64,000 nucleotides of DNA from Gammaproteobacteria bacterium (GCA_965238225.1 OZ250183.1:608001-672000); one strand, 5' to 3'. Positions 10,258 to 20,811 are shown, numbered from the stretch's first letter. Translations and numbers: made by a program. The notes: generated by a model not told the origin, from the letters alone.

Positions 10258-11403
10258 ATGATCAAGAATATGGCGATAAGCAATGACGACCGTGCTTTTT
10301 GGTTAGCACTCCATCGTGTCAAGGGACTGGGATCTGTCGGGCAAGGAAAGTTACTTGATACCTACCCTTCAATAAAAGAAATATTCTCTGCTGATAGTTA
10401 CACACTAAAAGCGCTTGGTCTTAAGCAAAAATCAATTGATGCTATTTGCAAGCCTGACTGGGAAAGTATTGCAGATGCCTTGGCTTGGTTAGACAAGCCG
10501 CATCATCATCTTGTAACAATTGACAGTGATGAATATCCACCTTTACTCAAGGAGATACCTAATCCACCCGTTCTTTTGTTCGCCCATGGCTGCTTAGATG
10601 TATTAAAAAATATACAGATTGGAATTGTCGGAAGCAGAAATCCAGATGTAGCTGGTCGGCAATTTGCCCATGAATTTGCCCGTGAGCTTACTGTCGCAGG
10701 CGCAACGGTCACCAGTGGTTTAGCGTTGGGTATAGATGGTTATAGTCACCAAGGAGCATTGGATGCAGGTGGGCATACCATTGCAGTGACAGGAAATGGT
10801 CTTGATATAATCTATCCTGCAAAACATAAAGCTTTAGCTCATAAAATCGCTGATAATGGTATCTTAGTTTCAGAGTTTTTGCCAGGAACCAAGCCCAAGC
10901 CTGAAAATTTTCCCAGACGAAATAGGATCATAAGCGGTATGAGTACAGGAGTCTTGGTAATACAAGCAGCATGCCGAAGCGGCTCACTGATTACCGCACG
11001 TTATGCGATGGAGCAAGGACATGAGGTATTTGCCATTCCAGGCTCTATCCATAATCCACTGGCAAAAGGTTGTCACGCCTTAATCAAACAAGGCGCTAAA
11101 TTGGTGGAGTCAGTTGATGATATTATTGAAGAATTAGGTTCTCTCGTCACGGTTGTTATGGAAGGCAGGAATGCTGCTACAGAAAAAGGTAAAAAAAATG
11201 TTCAGGACAAAACAGCACTTGACGCAGACTACAAAGTGTTGCTTGATAATATGACATATGACCCCATATCTATTGACAGATTAATTGCACTAACAGGATT
11301 GACGACTGATTCAGTTTCATCCATGCTTTTGATACTTGAGCTTCGTGGTTTGGTAATTTCGCAAGCAGGCGGAGTGTACATACGGGCTAACCAGGGAAAT
11401 TAG
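10258..11403 (+). CDS. dprA: DNA-processing protein DprA (Smf)
   Basis: YPPLLKEIPNPP, IVGSR, SGLALGIDG, FPRRNRIISG, SGSLITA; start may be ATG 10270. Confidence 0.96.
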   Translation: MIKNMAISNDDRAFWLALHRVKGLGSVGQGKLLDTYPSIKEIFSADSYTLKALGLKQKSIDAICKPDWESIADALAWLDKPHHHLVTIDSDEYPPLLKEIPNPPVLLFAHGCLDVLKNIQIGIVGSRNPDVAGRQFAHEFARELTVAGATVTSGLALGIDGYSHQGALDAGGHTIAVTGNGLDIIYPAKHKALAHKIADNGILVSEFLPGTKPKPENFPRRNRIISGMSTGVLVIQAACRSGSLITARYAMEQGHEVFAIPGSIHNPLAKGCHALIKQGAKLVESVDDIIEELGSLVTVVMEGRNAATEKGKKNVQDKTALDADYKVLLDNMTYDPISIDRLIALTGLTTDSVSSMLLILELRGLVISQAGGVYIRANQGN

Positions 11404-11406
11404 CAA

Positions 11407-11880
11407 ATGAAAGAAACAGTGTTTGATGTATTGCTGTATCTTTTTGACAACTATGAAGATGTCAAATTGATACCTGACCAAGATGCCCTGAAAGGTACGC
11501 TTATGGGCGCAGGCTTTTCTGAGCATGAAGTAAGCAAGGCTTTTGACTGGCTGGAGGCTTTGGCTGCGCAAAAAGAAAATCATTGTCCCTCTTCGGATGC
11601 TGGGGCATCGGCTTCAAGAATTTATCATGCTAAAGAACTGCAAAAACTTGACACTGAATGTCGAGGCTTTTTGCTTTTTTTAGAACAAACTGGCGTATTA
11701 GACAGTCAGGCTCGCGAGTTGGCGATTGATCGATTGATGGCATTGGAGTCGGAAGACATCGGCATACAACAGGTTAAATGGGTTGTGTTCATGGTGCTGT
11801 TCAACCAATCTGGTAAAGAAGCAGCTATTACTTGGATAGAAGATATCATCATAAATGATTTAAATGTGAATATGCACTAA
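11407..11880 (+). CDS. smg: Smg / DUF494 protein
   Basis: VFDVLLYLF, AFDWLEAL, RIY...CRGFLLFLEQ, KWVVFMVLFNQ. Confidence 0.93.
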   Translation: MKETVFDVLLYLFDNYEDVKLIPDQDALKGTLMGAGFSEHEVSKAFDWLEALAAQKENHCPSSDAGASASRIYHAKELQKLDTECRGFLLFLEQTGVLDSQARELAIDRLMALESEDIGIQQVKWVVFMVLFNQSGKEAAITWIEDIIINDLNVNMH

Positions 11881-11979
11881 GTATTCTTTGAATTACTTTA
11901 AAACTAACATTTCCCGAAGTTTCTCTGCGTGCCATAAAAATACTTAAACTTAAGAATACTGACAGCTGGAATTTTTTAA

Positions 11980-14373
11980 ATGGGCACATCATTAGTTATA
12001 GTCGAATCTCCTGCTAAGGCAAAAACAATAAGTCAATACCTTGGCAATGACTTTACGGTGTTAGCATCTTATGGGCATGTACGTGACCTGTTGCCGAAGA
12101 CGGGTGCTATTGACACAGAAAATGGGTTTGAGATGCAGTATCAGGCCATTGAGAAAAATGCCAAAGCGGTTGATGTAATAATCAAGGCACTCAAAAAAGC
12201 AGATGCTCTTTATCTGGCTACTGATCCGGATCGCGAAGGCGAAGCCATTGCTTGGCATTTATATGAGTTGCTAAAAGAGCGAGGCTTGCTCAAGAACAAA
12301 GAATCGCACCGCATTGTTTTCCATGAAGTGACAAAAAATGCAATCAAAGAAGCGATTGTTAATCCAAGGGAGTTATCAATAGATTTAATCAACGCACAAC
12401 AGGCGCGTCGGGCATTGGATTATCTGGTGGGTTTTAACCTTTCGCCATTACTCTGGAGAAAGATTCAGCGTGGTTTATCGGCAGGGCGCGTGCAGAGTCC
12501 TGCTCTTAGAATGATAGTCGAACGCGAACTGGAAATAGAGAAATTTAAAGCTCGGGAATACTGGACGATAGAAGTAGATCTTGAAAAGGAAAGAACTAAG
12601 TTTATTGCACGGCTAACTTACCTGCACGGCGAAAAACTGAAGCAGTTCACCGTCACCGAAGGACAAACAGCAAACAAGGCTTGCCAAGAGTTACTGCAGG
12701 CAGCCAACGGAAATTTAACTGTAAGCAAGGCTGAAAAGAAGCAACGTAAACGCCAACCAGCAGCACCATTTATTACCTCAACGATGCAGCAGGAAGCAGT
12801 GCGTAAACTGGGGATGACCGCTCAACGCGCCATGCGCACCGCACAACAATTATACGAAGGTATCAACCTAGGAAGCAGTGGCGGCACTGTTGGTCTGATC
12901 ACCTATATGCGTACAGACTCTGTTGTATTGGCAAAGGAAGCGCAGCTTGAGATAAGAGAATTCATTGCCGAACAATATGGCAAAAACAATGTGCCTGAAA
13001 AACCCCGTGTATATAAAACAAAATCTAAAAATGCACAGGAGGCGCATGAAGCGATACGACCAACTACAGTGAAACACATACCCAGTGAAATAAAATCTTC
13101 ATTGGATGCGGATCAGTTTAAATTGTATGAATTGATCTGGAAACGCACGGTCGCAAGCCAAATGATACATGCGACAATCGATACTGTTGCTGTTGATATA
13201 GGTTGTGGGGAAGGTAATGTTTTTCGCGCAAACGGCTCAACCATTGCCGATCTTGGTTTCATGACGGTCTATTTGGAAGGACGAGACGAGGTGACACCAA
13301 AGAATGATGAAAAATTACTGCCGCCACTAAAGCAAGGTGATGTTGTCAAGCTGCTTGAAATCAGGCCAGAACAACATTTCACCGAGCCACCACCACGCTT
13401 TACAGAGGCCAGTCTGGTGAAAACTCTGGAGGAATATGGTATTGGCAGACCTTCAACTTATGCAAGTATCATCTACACACTCAAGCAAAGAGAGTACGTG
13501 GAGTTCGAACAAAAACGGTTTACGCCGACAGATACGGGTCGTGTGGTAAACAATTTTCTTACCAAACATTTTACAAATTATGTAGATTACGATTTTACTG
13601 CACGCCTTGAAGATGACTTAGATGCGGTTTCCAGAGGTGAGAAAGAATGGCTGTCGTTGATGAAGGATTTTTGGCAGACATTCGAAAAACAAATCAAGGA
13701 AAAGGAAGAAACAGTGAGTCGCAGTGAAGCGATTCAGGCTAGAGAATTAGGGATAGATCCAAAAACAGGTTCGCCTGTCTCAGTACGTATCGGTCGTTAT
13801 GGTCCTTTTGCACAAATTGGCACAAAAGAAGATGAAGAAAAACCCAAGTTTGCTGGTCTGCTTCCTAGTCAGAAATTAGATAGCATTACATTGGCAGAAG
13901 CTTTGGCGCTTTTTAAGTTACCAAGGCAGATGGGTGAAACACAAGAGGGTGAAGAGGTAGTCGTTAGTGCCGGACGTTTTGGTCCATACATTCGTTATGG
14001 CAGTAAATTTGTTTCGCTCCAGGAAGATGATCCTTATACAGTTACCCTAGAAAGATCGTTGGAGCTGATTGCCGCTAAAAAAATTGAAGATGCCAGTAAG
14101 CAGATAAATATTTTTAAGAAGGAAGGTATTAGTGTTTTAAACGGGCGTTATGGTCCTTATGTAACCGATGGCAATAAGAATGTGAAGGTGCCGAAAGACG
14201 TTACGCCAGCCGATCTTACTTTGGAAGATTGCCAGAAGATGATTGCTGAAGCGTTGCATAGACCGCGCCGAGGAGCCAAGAAGAAGGTGAATAAAAAGAA
14301 AACGACTAAAAAGAAAAGCACCAAGAAGAAAACAAAAAAGAAAACAACAAAAAAGCCTGCTGAAATAGGTTAA
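11980..14373 (+). CDS. topA: DNA topoisomerase I (type IA) with C-terminal repeats and Lys-rich tail
   Basis: LVIVESPAKAK, ATDPDREGEAI, SAGRVQ, ITYMRTDS; GRYGP/GRFGP repeats and no Zn ribbons. Confidence 0.98.
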   Translation: MGTSLVIVESPAKAKTISQYLGNDFTVLASYGHVRDLLPKTGAIDTENGFEMQYQAIEKNAKAVDVIIKALKKADALYLATDPDREGEAIAWHLYELLKERGLLKNKESHRIVFHEVTKNAIKEAIVNPRELSIDLINAQQARRALDYLVGFNLSPLLWRKIQRGLSAGRVQSPALRMIVERELEIEKFKAREYWTIEVDLEKERTKFIARLTYLHGEKLKQFTVTEGQTANKACQELLQAANGNLTVSKAEKKQRKRQPAAPFITSTMQQEAVRKLGMTAQRAMRTAQQLYEGINLGSSGGTVGLITYMRTDSVVLAKEAQLEIREFIAEQYGKNNVPEKPRVYKTKSKNAQEAHEAIRPTTVKHIPSEIKSSLDADQFKLYELIWKRTVASQMIHATIDTVAVDIGCGEGNVFRANGSTIADLGFMTVYLEGRDEVTPKNDEKLLPPLKQGDVVKLLEIRPEQHFTEPPPRFTEASLVKTLEEYGIGRPSTYASIIYTLKQREYVEFEQKRFTPTDTGRVVNNFLTKHFTNYVDYDFTARLEDDLDAVSRGEKEWLSLMKDFWQTFEKQIKEKEETVSRSEAIQARELGIDPKTGSPVSVRIGRYGPFAQIGTKEDEEKPKFAGLLPSQKLDSITLAEALALFKLPRQMGETQEGEEVVVSAGRFGPYIRYGSKFVSLQEDDPYTVTLERSLELIAAKKIEDASKQINIFKKEGISVLNGRYGPYVTDGNKNVKVPKDVTPADLTLEDCQKMIAEALHRPRRGAKKKVNKKKTTKKKSTKKKTKKKTTKKPAEIG

Positions 14374-14605
14374 TATTTTCCAAGTTCATATAGTAAATAC
14401 AATTTTTTAAGTGAGACGGTCAGTTATTATAGTTGGCTATTTACATATTAAACGTATTGATTTGTTCGCTGCGTAACTTACACTGCACTTAGTTGTCGAG
14501 TCCAAGTTTTAAATCAGTTTAAGTTACGCTTTTTTTAACTTATTTTTTAAGTAAGTTATTTTTTTTACAGCTTGATTTTTTTGTCGTTGCAGTCTGAGAA
14601 GATTT

Positions 14606-15163
14606 ATGGGTAATTTTCATTTACATTGTGCTATAAAGACTTTAAATCAAGGTGGCATTATTGCTTATCCAACAGAAGCTGTGTTTGGCCTAGGTTGTTT
14701 TCCTGATGATGAATATTCTGTAGAAAAAATCCTAGCGCTAAAAGGTCGATTGGTGAACAAAGGTTTAATATTGGTTGCTGCTCGTCTTCAGCAATTAGAT
14801 TCATATATCGACTATTCAAATGATAAACTGAGACAAAAAATAAATGCATCGTGGCCCGGACCCATCACTTGGGTATTGCCAGCAACGTCAAATGTTCCTG
14901 ACTGGATTAGCGGTGATCAGGGTATGGTTGCAGTGCGTGTATCCGCTCACCCAATAGTGCGAGCCTTATGTAAGGAGGTCGGCATGATTGTCTCAACAAG
15001 CGCAAACCCAGCAGGAAAAACACCAGCCGTAAATGCCTTTAAAGTTAGAAGTTATTTTGGTAATGAAATTGATTATATTTTGCCCGGAAATACAGGCGGG
15101 AAAGAACTGCCAACAGAAATCAGAAACGCCATAAATGGCAATGTCTTGCGCCCTAGTGATTAA
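14606..15163 (+). CDS. tsaC: Threonylcarbamoyl-AMP synthase TsaC (YrdC)
   Basis: IAYPTEAVFGLGC, KGLIL, WPGP, VSTSAN. Confidence 0.95.
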   Translation: MGNFHLHCAIKTLNQGGIIAYPTEAVFGLGCFPDDEYSVEKILALKGRLVNKGLILVAARLQQLDSYIDYSNDKLRQKINASWPGPITWVLPATSNVPDWISGDQGMVAVRVSAHPIVRALCKEVGMIVSTSANPAGKTPAVNAFKVRSYFGNEIDYILPGNTGGKELPTEIRNAINGNVLRPSD

Positions 15164-15239
15164 AGCTTGAAGGAACGCCCAAGGATTGATCCTAAAAAAC
15201 CAGTTTCCAATTATAGACGAATTTCAGTTTCTTGCTATA

Positions 15240-15268
15240 TTGACAGTGTCTCCAGATTAACCGAAAAT
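15240..15268 (+). promoter_or_regulatory. Sigma70 promoter of tRNA-tuf operon
   Basis: TTGACA-N17-GAAAAT followed by GC-rich discriminator GTGCGGC, 14 nt before tRNA-Tyr. Confidence 0.7.
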
Positions 15269-15282
15269 GTGCGGCTGATTTC

Positions 15283-15367
15283 GGAGGGGTACCCAAGCGG
15301 TCAACGGGATCAGACTGTAAATCTGACGGCTCAGCCTTCGGAGGTTCGAATCCTCCCCCCTCCACCA
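15283..15367 (+). tRNA. tRNA-Tyr(GTA)
   Basis: GGAGGGG...anticodon arm TCAGA-CTGTAAA-TCTGA, long variable arm, GGTTCGAATCC, encoded CCA. Confidence 0.97.
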
Positions 15368-15435
15368 GCACGGGCGAAGTTTAGTGAAAGCGGAGGTTTG
15401 ATGAAAGTATTTGGTACTTTCTAGATGTTGGGTAG

Positions 15436-15509
<74 letters not shown>

Positions 15510-15600
15510 GATTTAAGCTAGATTGGTAAGCATGGCCAGAATTTGAGCACGAGATTTGGATATATTTGGCCTAGTTGTCAGTAATTGTATGAACGTATCT

Positions 15601-15676
<76 letters not shown>

Positions 15677-15781
15677 GATTGGCATCCGCTGGGTGTGCAT
15701 GACGGGTGGATTTGGTTTTTTTACCATTGAACTTAAATTTTAATTATATTGAATTTTTCTACTTTATAAGGAGCGCTCCTG

Positions 15782-16972
15782 ATGTCTAAGGAGAAATTTG
15801 AACGAACGAAACCGCATGTAAATGTAGGAACGATAGGCCATGTTGATCATGGCAAGACAACGTTGACTGCGGCAATTACCAAGGTCATGGCAGAACAACA
15901 TGGCGGTGAATTCAAGGCCTATGATCAGATTGATAACGCGCCAGAAGAAAAAGAACGCGGTATTACGATTGCAACAGCGCACGTAGAGTACGAAAGCAAT
16001 GATCGCCACTATGCGCACGTAGACTGCCCAGGTCATGCTGACTACGTCAAGAACATGATTACTGGTGCAGCACAGATGGACGGAGCAATCCTGGTCTGCA
16101 GTGCAGCAGATGGCCCAATGCCACAAACCCGTGAACATATCCTGCTGGCGCGTCAGGTCGGGGTTCCCTACGTGGTAGTCTATTTAAACAAAGTCGATCA
16201 AGTCGATGATGCAGAGTTACTGGAACTGGTTGAAATGGAAGTTCGTGAACTGCTGGATGCTTATGAATTTCCCGGAGACAACACCCCTATCGTTACAGGT
16301 TCGGCACTGAAGGCTTTAGAAGGCGATGACAGCGATATCGGTATTCCCTCAATTTTGCAACTGGTAGCAGCAATGGATGACTATATTCCAGTACCCAAGC
16401 GCCCGGTAGACCAACCATTTTTGATGCCAATTGAAGATGTATTCTCAATATCAGGTCGCGGTACCGTGGTGACTGGACGTATAGAACGTGGCATCGTCAA
16501 AGTAGGCGAAGAGATTGAGATTGTAGGGATTAAAGAGACACAGAAGACCACCTGTACTGGTGTTGAAATGTTCAGAAAGTTACTTGACGAAGGCCAAGCC
16601 GGAGACAACGTCGGTGTCTTATTACGGGGTACCAAACGAGAAGAAGTGGAACGTGGACAGGTCTTATGCCATCCAGATTCAATCACGCCACATACCCGTT
16701 TTGAAGCAGAAATATACGTACTGTCAAAAGATGAAGGTGGTCGCCATACCCCCTTCTTTGCCAACTATCGTCCGCAATTTTACTTTCGCACCACAGATGT
16801 AACGGGTGCCATTCAGTTATCCAGTGGCACAGAGATGGTGATGCCCGGCGATAACATTAAGCTGGAAGTAACACTAATAAATCCCATTGCTATGGAGGAA
16901 GGCTTACGCTTTGCCATTCGTGAAGGCGGTCGTACCGTTGGTGCAGGTGTCGTTGCTAAGGTTATTGAGTAA
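15782..16972 (+). CDS. tuf: Elongation factor Tu (tufB-type locus)
   Basis: [21 protein letters not shown]; follows the Tyr-Gly-Thr tRNAs. Confidence 0.99.
   Translation: MSKEKFERTKPHVNVGTIGHVDHGKTTLTAAITKVMAEQHGGEFKAYDQIDNAPEEKERGITIATAHVEYESNDRHYAHVDCPGHADYVKNMITGAAQMDGAILVCSAADGPMPQTREHILLARQVGVPYVVVYLNKVDQVDDAELLELVEMEVRELLDAYEFPGDNTPIVTGSALKALEGDDSDIGIPSILQLVAAMDDYIPVPKRPVDQPFLMPIEDVFSISGRGTVVTGRIERGIVKVGEEIEIVGIKETQKTTCTGVEMFRKLLDEGQAGDNVGVLLRGTKREEVERGQVLCHPDSITPHTRFEAEIYVLSKDEGGRHTPFFANYRPQFYFRTTDVTGAIQLSSGTEMVMPGDNIKLEVTLINPIAMEEGLRFAIREGGRTVGAGVVAKVIE
15783..16972 (+). repeat. Direct repeat, copy 1 of tuf (copy 2 at 32801-33990)
   Basis: No difference seen by eye; alternative-frame ORFs inside both copies translate identically. 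Confidence 0.85.
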
Positions 16973-16989
16973 CTTTTTAAGCACAGAGA

Positions 16990-17021
16990 TAGCAGTCTGA
17001 TGAGGATTACTACTTTTTTTT
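16990..17021 (+). terminator. Possible intrinsic terminator after tuf
   Basis: Imperfect stem TAGCAGTC/GATTACTA followed by a T8 run. Confidence 0.45.
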
Positions 17022-17072
17022 GTTACAGAAATATAGATTTTAAACTATAGATTTTTTGGTTTTTTTATTTTT

Positions 17073-17148
17073 AGGCCAGTAGCTCAATTGGCAGAGCGGC
17101 GGTCTCCAAAACCGTAGGTTGGGGGTTCGATTCCCTCCTGGCCTGCCA
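17073..17148 (+). tRNA. tRNA-Trp(CCA)
   Basis: AGGCCAG...CTCCAAA loop...GGTTCGATTCC...CTGGCCT-GCCA; usual position before secE. Confidence 0.97.
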
Positions 17149-17222
17149 CTGGGTAGGCTGAGTGACGATCGGGGTTGATGCAGGCGAGTAGCACATGAGA
17201 CATGCAGTGAATAAAGTGGAAT

Positions 17223-17600
17223 ATGAACTCAAAAATTGAAACAGTAGAAAATAGTATGGACAGTATAAGACTGGTCATCGCTTTATTAATTGTAGTAGCA
17301 GCGATCGTTGCATTCTACGTATACCCTGAACAGTCGACATTGCTCAGGGTTGGCGGTTTATTGCTGGTAGCTTCTGTTGCTGTCGGAATTTCCTTACAGA
17401 CTGAGAAAGGTCGTAATATTTGGGGGTTTTTCCACGGGGCACAGATAGAGGTTCGTAAGGTTATTTGGCCAACACGTCAGGAAACAGTGCAAACAACATT
17501 AATTGTTGTCCTTGTGGTTATTTTAGTTTCAATGATTTTATGGCTACTGGATATGTTTCTTGGTTGGACTATTGGTGCGTTAATGGGTCAGAGGGGTTAG
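17223..17600 (+). CDS. secE: Preprotein translocase subunit SecE
   Basis: EVRKVIWPTRQET, three TM segments. Confidence 0.97.
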   Translation: MNSKIETVENSMDSIRLVIALLIVVAAIVAFYVYPEQSTLLRVGGLLLVASVAVGISLQTEKGRNIWGFFHGAQIEVRKVIWPTRQETVQTTLIVVLVVILVSMILWLLDMFLGWTIGALMGQRG

Positions 17601-17606
17601 TTACCG

Positions 17607-18140
17607 ATGTCTCTCAACTGGTACGTTGTACATGCATATTCAGGGTTTGAAGATCGTGTAATGAATACATTGAAAGAACGTATTGTACAGTACAGTATGG
17701 AGGATAAGTTTGGCGAGATATTAGTACCGAAAGAAGAAGTTGTTGAGATGCGCGAGGGGAAAAAACGAACGACAGATCGTAAATTTTTCCCTGGCTACGT
17801 ATTGGTGCAAATGGAAATGAATGATGATACTTGGCATATGGTTAAGAATATGCCTCGTGTGTTGGGGTTTATTGGTGGAACAAGTGATAAACCTGCGCCA
17901 ATCTCTACAGATGAAGCAAATTCAATCCTGCAGCGTGTTGAAGAAGGCGTGGACAAACCTACACCAAAGGTTATGTTTGAGGCAGGTGAAGTGATACGCG
18001 TCATTGATGGACCATTTAAGGATTTCAATGGTGTGGTTGAGGAAGTTAATTACGAAAAGAATCGTTTGCGTGTTTCAGTATTGATTTTTGGACGTTCTAC
18101 CCCTGTGGGACTTGAATTTACTCAGGTAGAAAAAGACTGA
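17607..18140 (+). CDS. nusG: Transcription factor NusG
   Basis: [22 protein letters not shown] motif DGPFKDFNG. Confidence 0.99.
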   Translation: MSLNWYVVHAYSGFEDRVMNTLKERIVQYSMEDKFGEILVPKEEVVEMREGKKRTTDRKFFPGYVLVQMEMNDDTWHMVKNMPRVLGFIGGTSDKPAPISTDEANSILQRVEEGVDKPTPKVMFEAGEVIRVIDGPFKDFNGVVEEVNYEKNRLRVSVLIFGRSTPVGLEFTQVEKD

Positions 18141-18247
18141 CTATGAGCACCAATTCAAGTTGGCAATATTGTTTTAAGCAAGATTTGTTATTTTTTTAAT
18201 GTTTTTGTGAAATCAGAAGGTTTTGATCCATCTGGAATAGAGTTTTT

Positions 18248-18273
18248 AGGAGAGAGGCTAAGGTCTACTGTCC
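18248..18273 (+). promoter_or_regulatory. Putative L1-binding leader element before rplK
   Basis: GGAGAG-AGGC-TAAG-GTCT-ACTG-TCC can form two short stems around an internal loop at the position of the E. coli L1 operator. Confidence 0.35.
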
Positions 18274-18298
18274 AGTAATATGCTTAAAGGAGATTAAA

Positions 18299-18733
18299 GT
18301 GGCTAAGAAAATTGAAACTTATATTAAGTTGCAAGTGCCTGCGGGTCAGGCAAACCCGAGTCCGCCTGTTGGTCCAGCATTGGGTCAGCATGGCTTAAAT
18401 ATCATGGATTTCTGCAAGGCATTTAATGCGCAGACACAGGACATGGAAGCCAATCTTCCCGTGCCTGTTGTGATTACTGTTTACAATGACAAAAGCTTTA
18501 CCTTCATTATCAAGACGCCACCTGCTTCCTTTTTGTTGAAAAAAGCAGCGGGCATTTCTAAAGGCAGCGCCATACCTAATATGGACAAGGTGGGCAAAGT
18601 AAATCGTCAGCAGTTAGAGGAGATTGCAAAGGCGAAAGAGCCTGACTCAACTTCTGCTGATATAGATGCTGCTGTGCGTACAATCGCTGGTACTGCACGC
18701 AGCATGGGCATCGAGACAGAGGGTGTTTTATAA
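18299..18733 (+). CDS. rplK: 50S ribosomal protein L11
   Basis: [13 protein letters not shown]. Confidence 0.99.
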   Translation: MAKKIETYIKLQVPAGQANPSPPVGPALGQHGLNIMDFCKAFNAQTQDMEANLPVPVVITVYNDKSFTFIIKTPPASFLLKKAAGISKGSAIPNMDKVGKVNRQQLEEIAKAKEPDSTSADIDAAVRTIAGTARSMGIETEGVL

Positions 18734-19425
18734 TGGCAATATCCAAACGTGTTAAATCTTGGGCAGATAAAATAGATTCAGAAAAACTCTATCCATTAAC
18801 AGATGCATTACAACTCCTAAAGCAATGTTCGATGGTCAAATTTGATGAATCTGTCGAGCTTGCAGTCAATCTCGGTGTTGATATTAGAAAATCAGATCAA
18901 GCTGTTCGAGGAGCATCAGTTTTACCCAGAGGCACGGGTAAAACTGTTCGCGTTGCTGTATTTGCACAAGGCGAACAGGCAAAATCTGCAAAAGCTGCAG
19001 GCGCTGATGTTGTTGGTTTTGAAGATCTCGCTGAACGTATGCAGGCTGGTGAAATGAATTTTGATGTTGTTGTTGCTACGCCTGATGCAATGCCAGTTGT
19101 CAGCAAGTTAGGCAAGATTTTAGGTCCCCGTGGTTTAATGCCAAACCCCAAGGTTGGTACTGTAAGTACAGATGCAGGGCAAGCTGTAATGCATGTCAAA
19201 GCAGGTCAGGTGCGTTACAGAACAGATAAAAATGGTATCGTCCATTGTGCGGTTGGCAAGGCCTCTTTTGAAGTCGATGCACTCAAGGAGAATGTTGAAT
19301 TCCTGTTGGCTGATTTGATAAGGGCCAAGCCAAGTTCAGCGAAAGGTATTTATCTTAAGAAGATAAGTGTTTCAACAACAATGGGTCCAGGTATTACAGT
19401 AGATCAAGGCAGCCTTACTGCTTAA
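18733..19425 (+). CDS. rplA: 50S ribosomal protein L1
   Basis: [14 protein letters not shown]. Confidence 0.99.
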   Translation: MAISKRVKSWADKIDSEKLYPLTDALQLLKQCSMVKFDESVELAVNLGVDIRKSDQAVRGASVLPRGTGKTVRVAVFAQGEQAKSAKAAGADVVGFEDLAERMQAGEMNFDVVVATPDAMPVVSKLGKILGPRGLMPNPKVGTVSTDAGQAVMHVKAGQVRYRTDKNGIVHCAVGKASFEVDALKENVEFLLADLIRAKPSSAKGIYLKKISVSTTMGPGITVDQGSLTA

Positions 19426-19503
19426 ATGTTTAGTATTTTATGTACGTGACAGCAATTTTATTACGTATTTTGAAGGCTTTGTACTGGCGGTTATCCGTTT
19501 AGA

Positions 19504-19632
19504 CGTCAAAGACCGCAGGTGCTTTTTTCGTAGATGTTTTTTATATCGAATCAAGCTTAATGTAGTTAGTCTGCCTGCGCAGACGGTGCTATCCAAAAAC
19601 AGTTTACTTAACTGTTGCTAAGGATCGCCGTA
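19504..19632 (+). ncRNA. L10 leader (rplJ autoregulatory RNA)
   Basis: Hallmarks AAGACCGCAGG...GCTTAAT...CCTGCGCAGACGGTG...CGCCGT upstream of rplJ. Confidence 0.85.
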
Positions 19633-19776
19633 ATGGTTGGTTTTGTACTCAATTTGAGTATAAAGCCTTTGTGTAATCAGGACTTACGAAGGGTTTACAG
19701 TGGCCGAGCAGCCGAATATTTGAAGATGGCGGCGGTCATAAAAGCCAGTAGGTAAATAATTTAGGAGATATAGAGT

Positions 19777-20304
19777 GTGAGTCTGAACCTTGAAGCAAAG
19801 AAGATGATAAGCAAAGAAGTAGCTGAAGTTGCGAACAACTCATTATCTGCCGTGGCAGCAGAATATAGCGGTTTATCCGTGAGTGATATGACTGAGTTGC
19901 GTCGGTCTGCTCGCGATTCCGGTATTTATCTGCGTGTTGTTAGAAATACACTTGCACGTCGCGCTTTGGAAGGTACAAGTTTTGATTGTATGCGGGAAGG
20001 TCTGGTTGGACAGCTTATTCTCGCTTTTTCCAAAGATGAGCTAGGTGCTGCAGCAAAGGTGGTTCGCGATTTTGCAAAGAAAAACGATAAGCTTGTTGTC
20101 AAGTTGGTGGTACTGGAAGGTAAATTATTACAGCCCTCTAATATTGATGCATTGGCAGACTTACCAAGCAAAGAACAGGCAATTGGTATGCTTATGGGCA
20201 TACTTATCGCCCCTGTTACAAGTCTGGCTAGAACATTGGTCGAGCCACACACAAAATTTGTGCGTACGGTTAAGGCTGTCGCTGACGAAAAGCAAGCTGC
20301 TTGA
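19777..20304 (+). CDS. rplJ: 50S ribosomal protein L10
   Basis: VVRNTLARRA; GTG start with AGGAG SD. Confidence 0.98.
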   Translation: MSLNLEAKKMISKEVAEVANNSLSAVAAEYSGLSVSDMTELRRSARDSGIYLRVVRNTLARRALEGTSFDCMREGLVGQLILAFSKDELGAAAKVVRDFAKKNDKLVVKLVVLEGKLLQPSNIDALADLPSKEQAIGMLMGILIAPVTSLARTLVEPHTKFVRTVKAVADEKQAA

Positions 20305-20362
20305 TTCATTTTCACATTTATAAAACTTAAATTTAGTAAGATTTAATTAGGAGTATTTACAA

Positions 20363-20737
20363 ATGACTGTAAAGAAAGAAGAACTTTTAGAAACAATTTC
20401 TAACATGACTGTGCTTGAAGTAGTCGATCTTGTTGAGGCAATGGAAGAAAAATTTGGTGTATCTGCCGCTGCTGTAGCAGCGCCCGCAACAGTGGATGCA
20501 GGCGGCGGCGCAGTTGCTGAAGAAAAAACCGAATTTAATGTCATCCTGACAGGTTTTGGTGAAAATAAGGTTGCTGCGATTAAAGCTGTTCGTAGTATCA
20601 CGGGTTTAGGCCTAAAGGAAGCTAAAGAACTTGTTGAAGGTGTTCCTTCCCCATTAAAGGAAGGCGCAAACAAAGACGAAGCAAATGAAATCAAAAAACA
20701 GCTGGCAGAATGTGGCGCAACCGTTGAAATTAAGTAG
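20363..20737 (+). CDS. rplL: 50S ribosomal protein L7/L12
   Basis: [22 protein letters not shown]. Confidence 0.99.
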   Translation: MTVKKEELLETISNMTVLEVVDLVEAMEEKFGVSAAAVAAPATVDAGGGAVAEEKTEFNVILTGFGENKVAAIKAVRSITGLGLKEAKELVEGVPSPLKEGANKDEANEIKKQLAECGATVEIK

Positions 20738-20762
20738 CTCTTTTGACAAATAATATCGGTTA

Positions 20763-20811
20763 AAAATCAATGCAAGGCTGGCAAAGTTTATACCGACCTT
20801 GTGTTGATTTT
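20763..20811 (+). terminator. rplL-rpoB intergenic hairpin (attenuator/processing site)
   Basis: AAAATCAATGCAAGG...CCTTGTGTTGATTTT long stem at the position of the known rplL-rpoB attenuator. Confidence 0.6.

Noticed and set aside
15167-15424. 85-aa ORF
   Set aside because: Overlaps the tRNA promoter and tRNA-Tyr; spurious
16997-17032. CTGATGAG...GAAA resembling a hammerhead ribozyme core
   Set aside because: No stem II can pair between CUGAUGA and GAAA; a terminator reading is simpler
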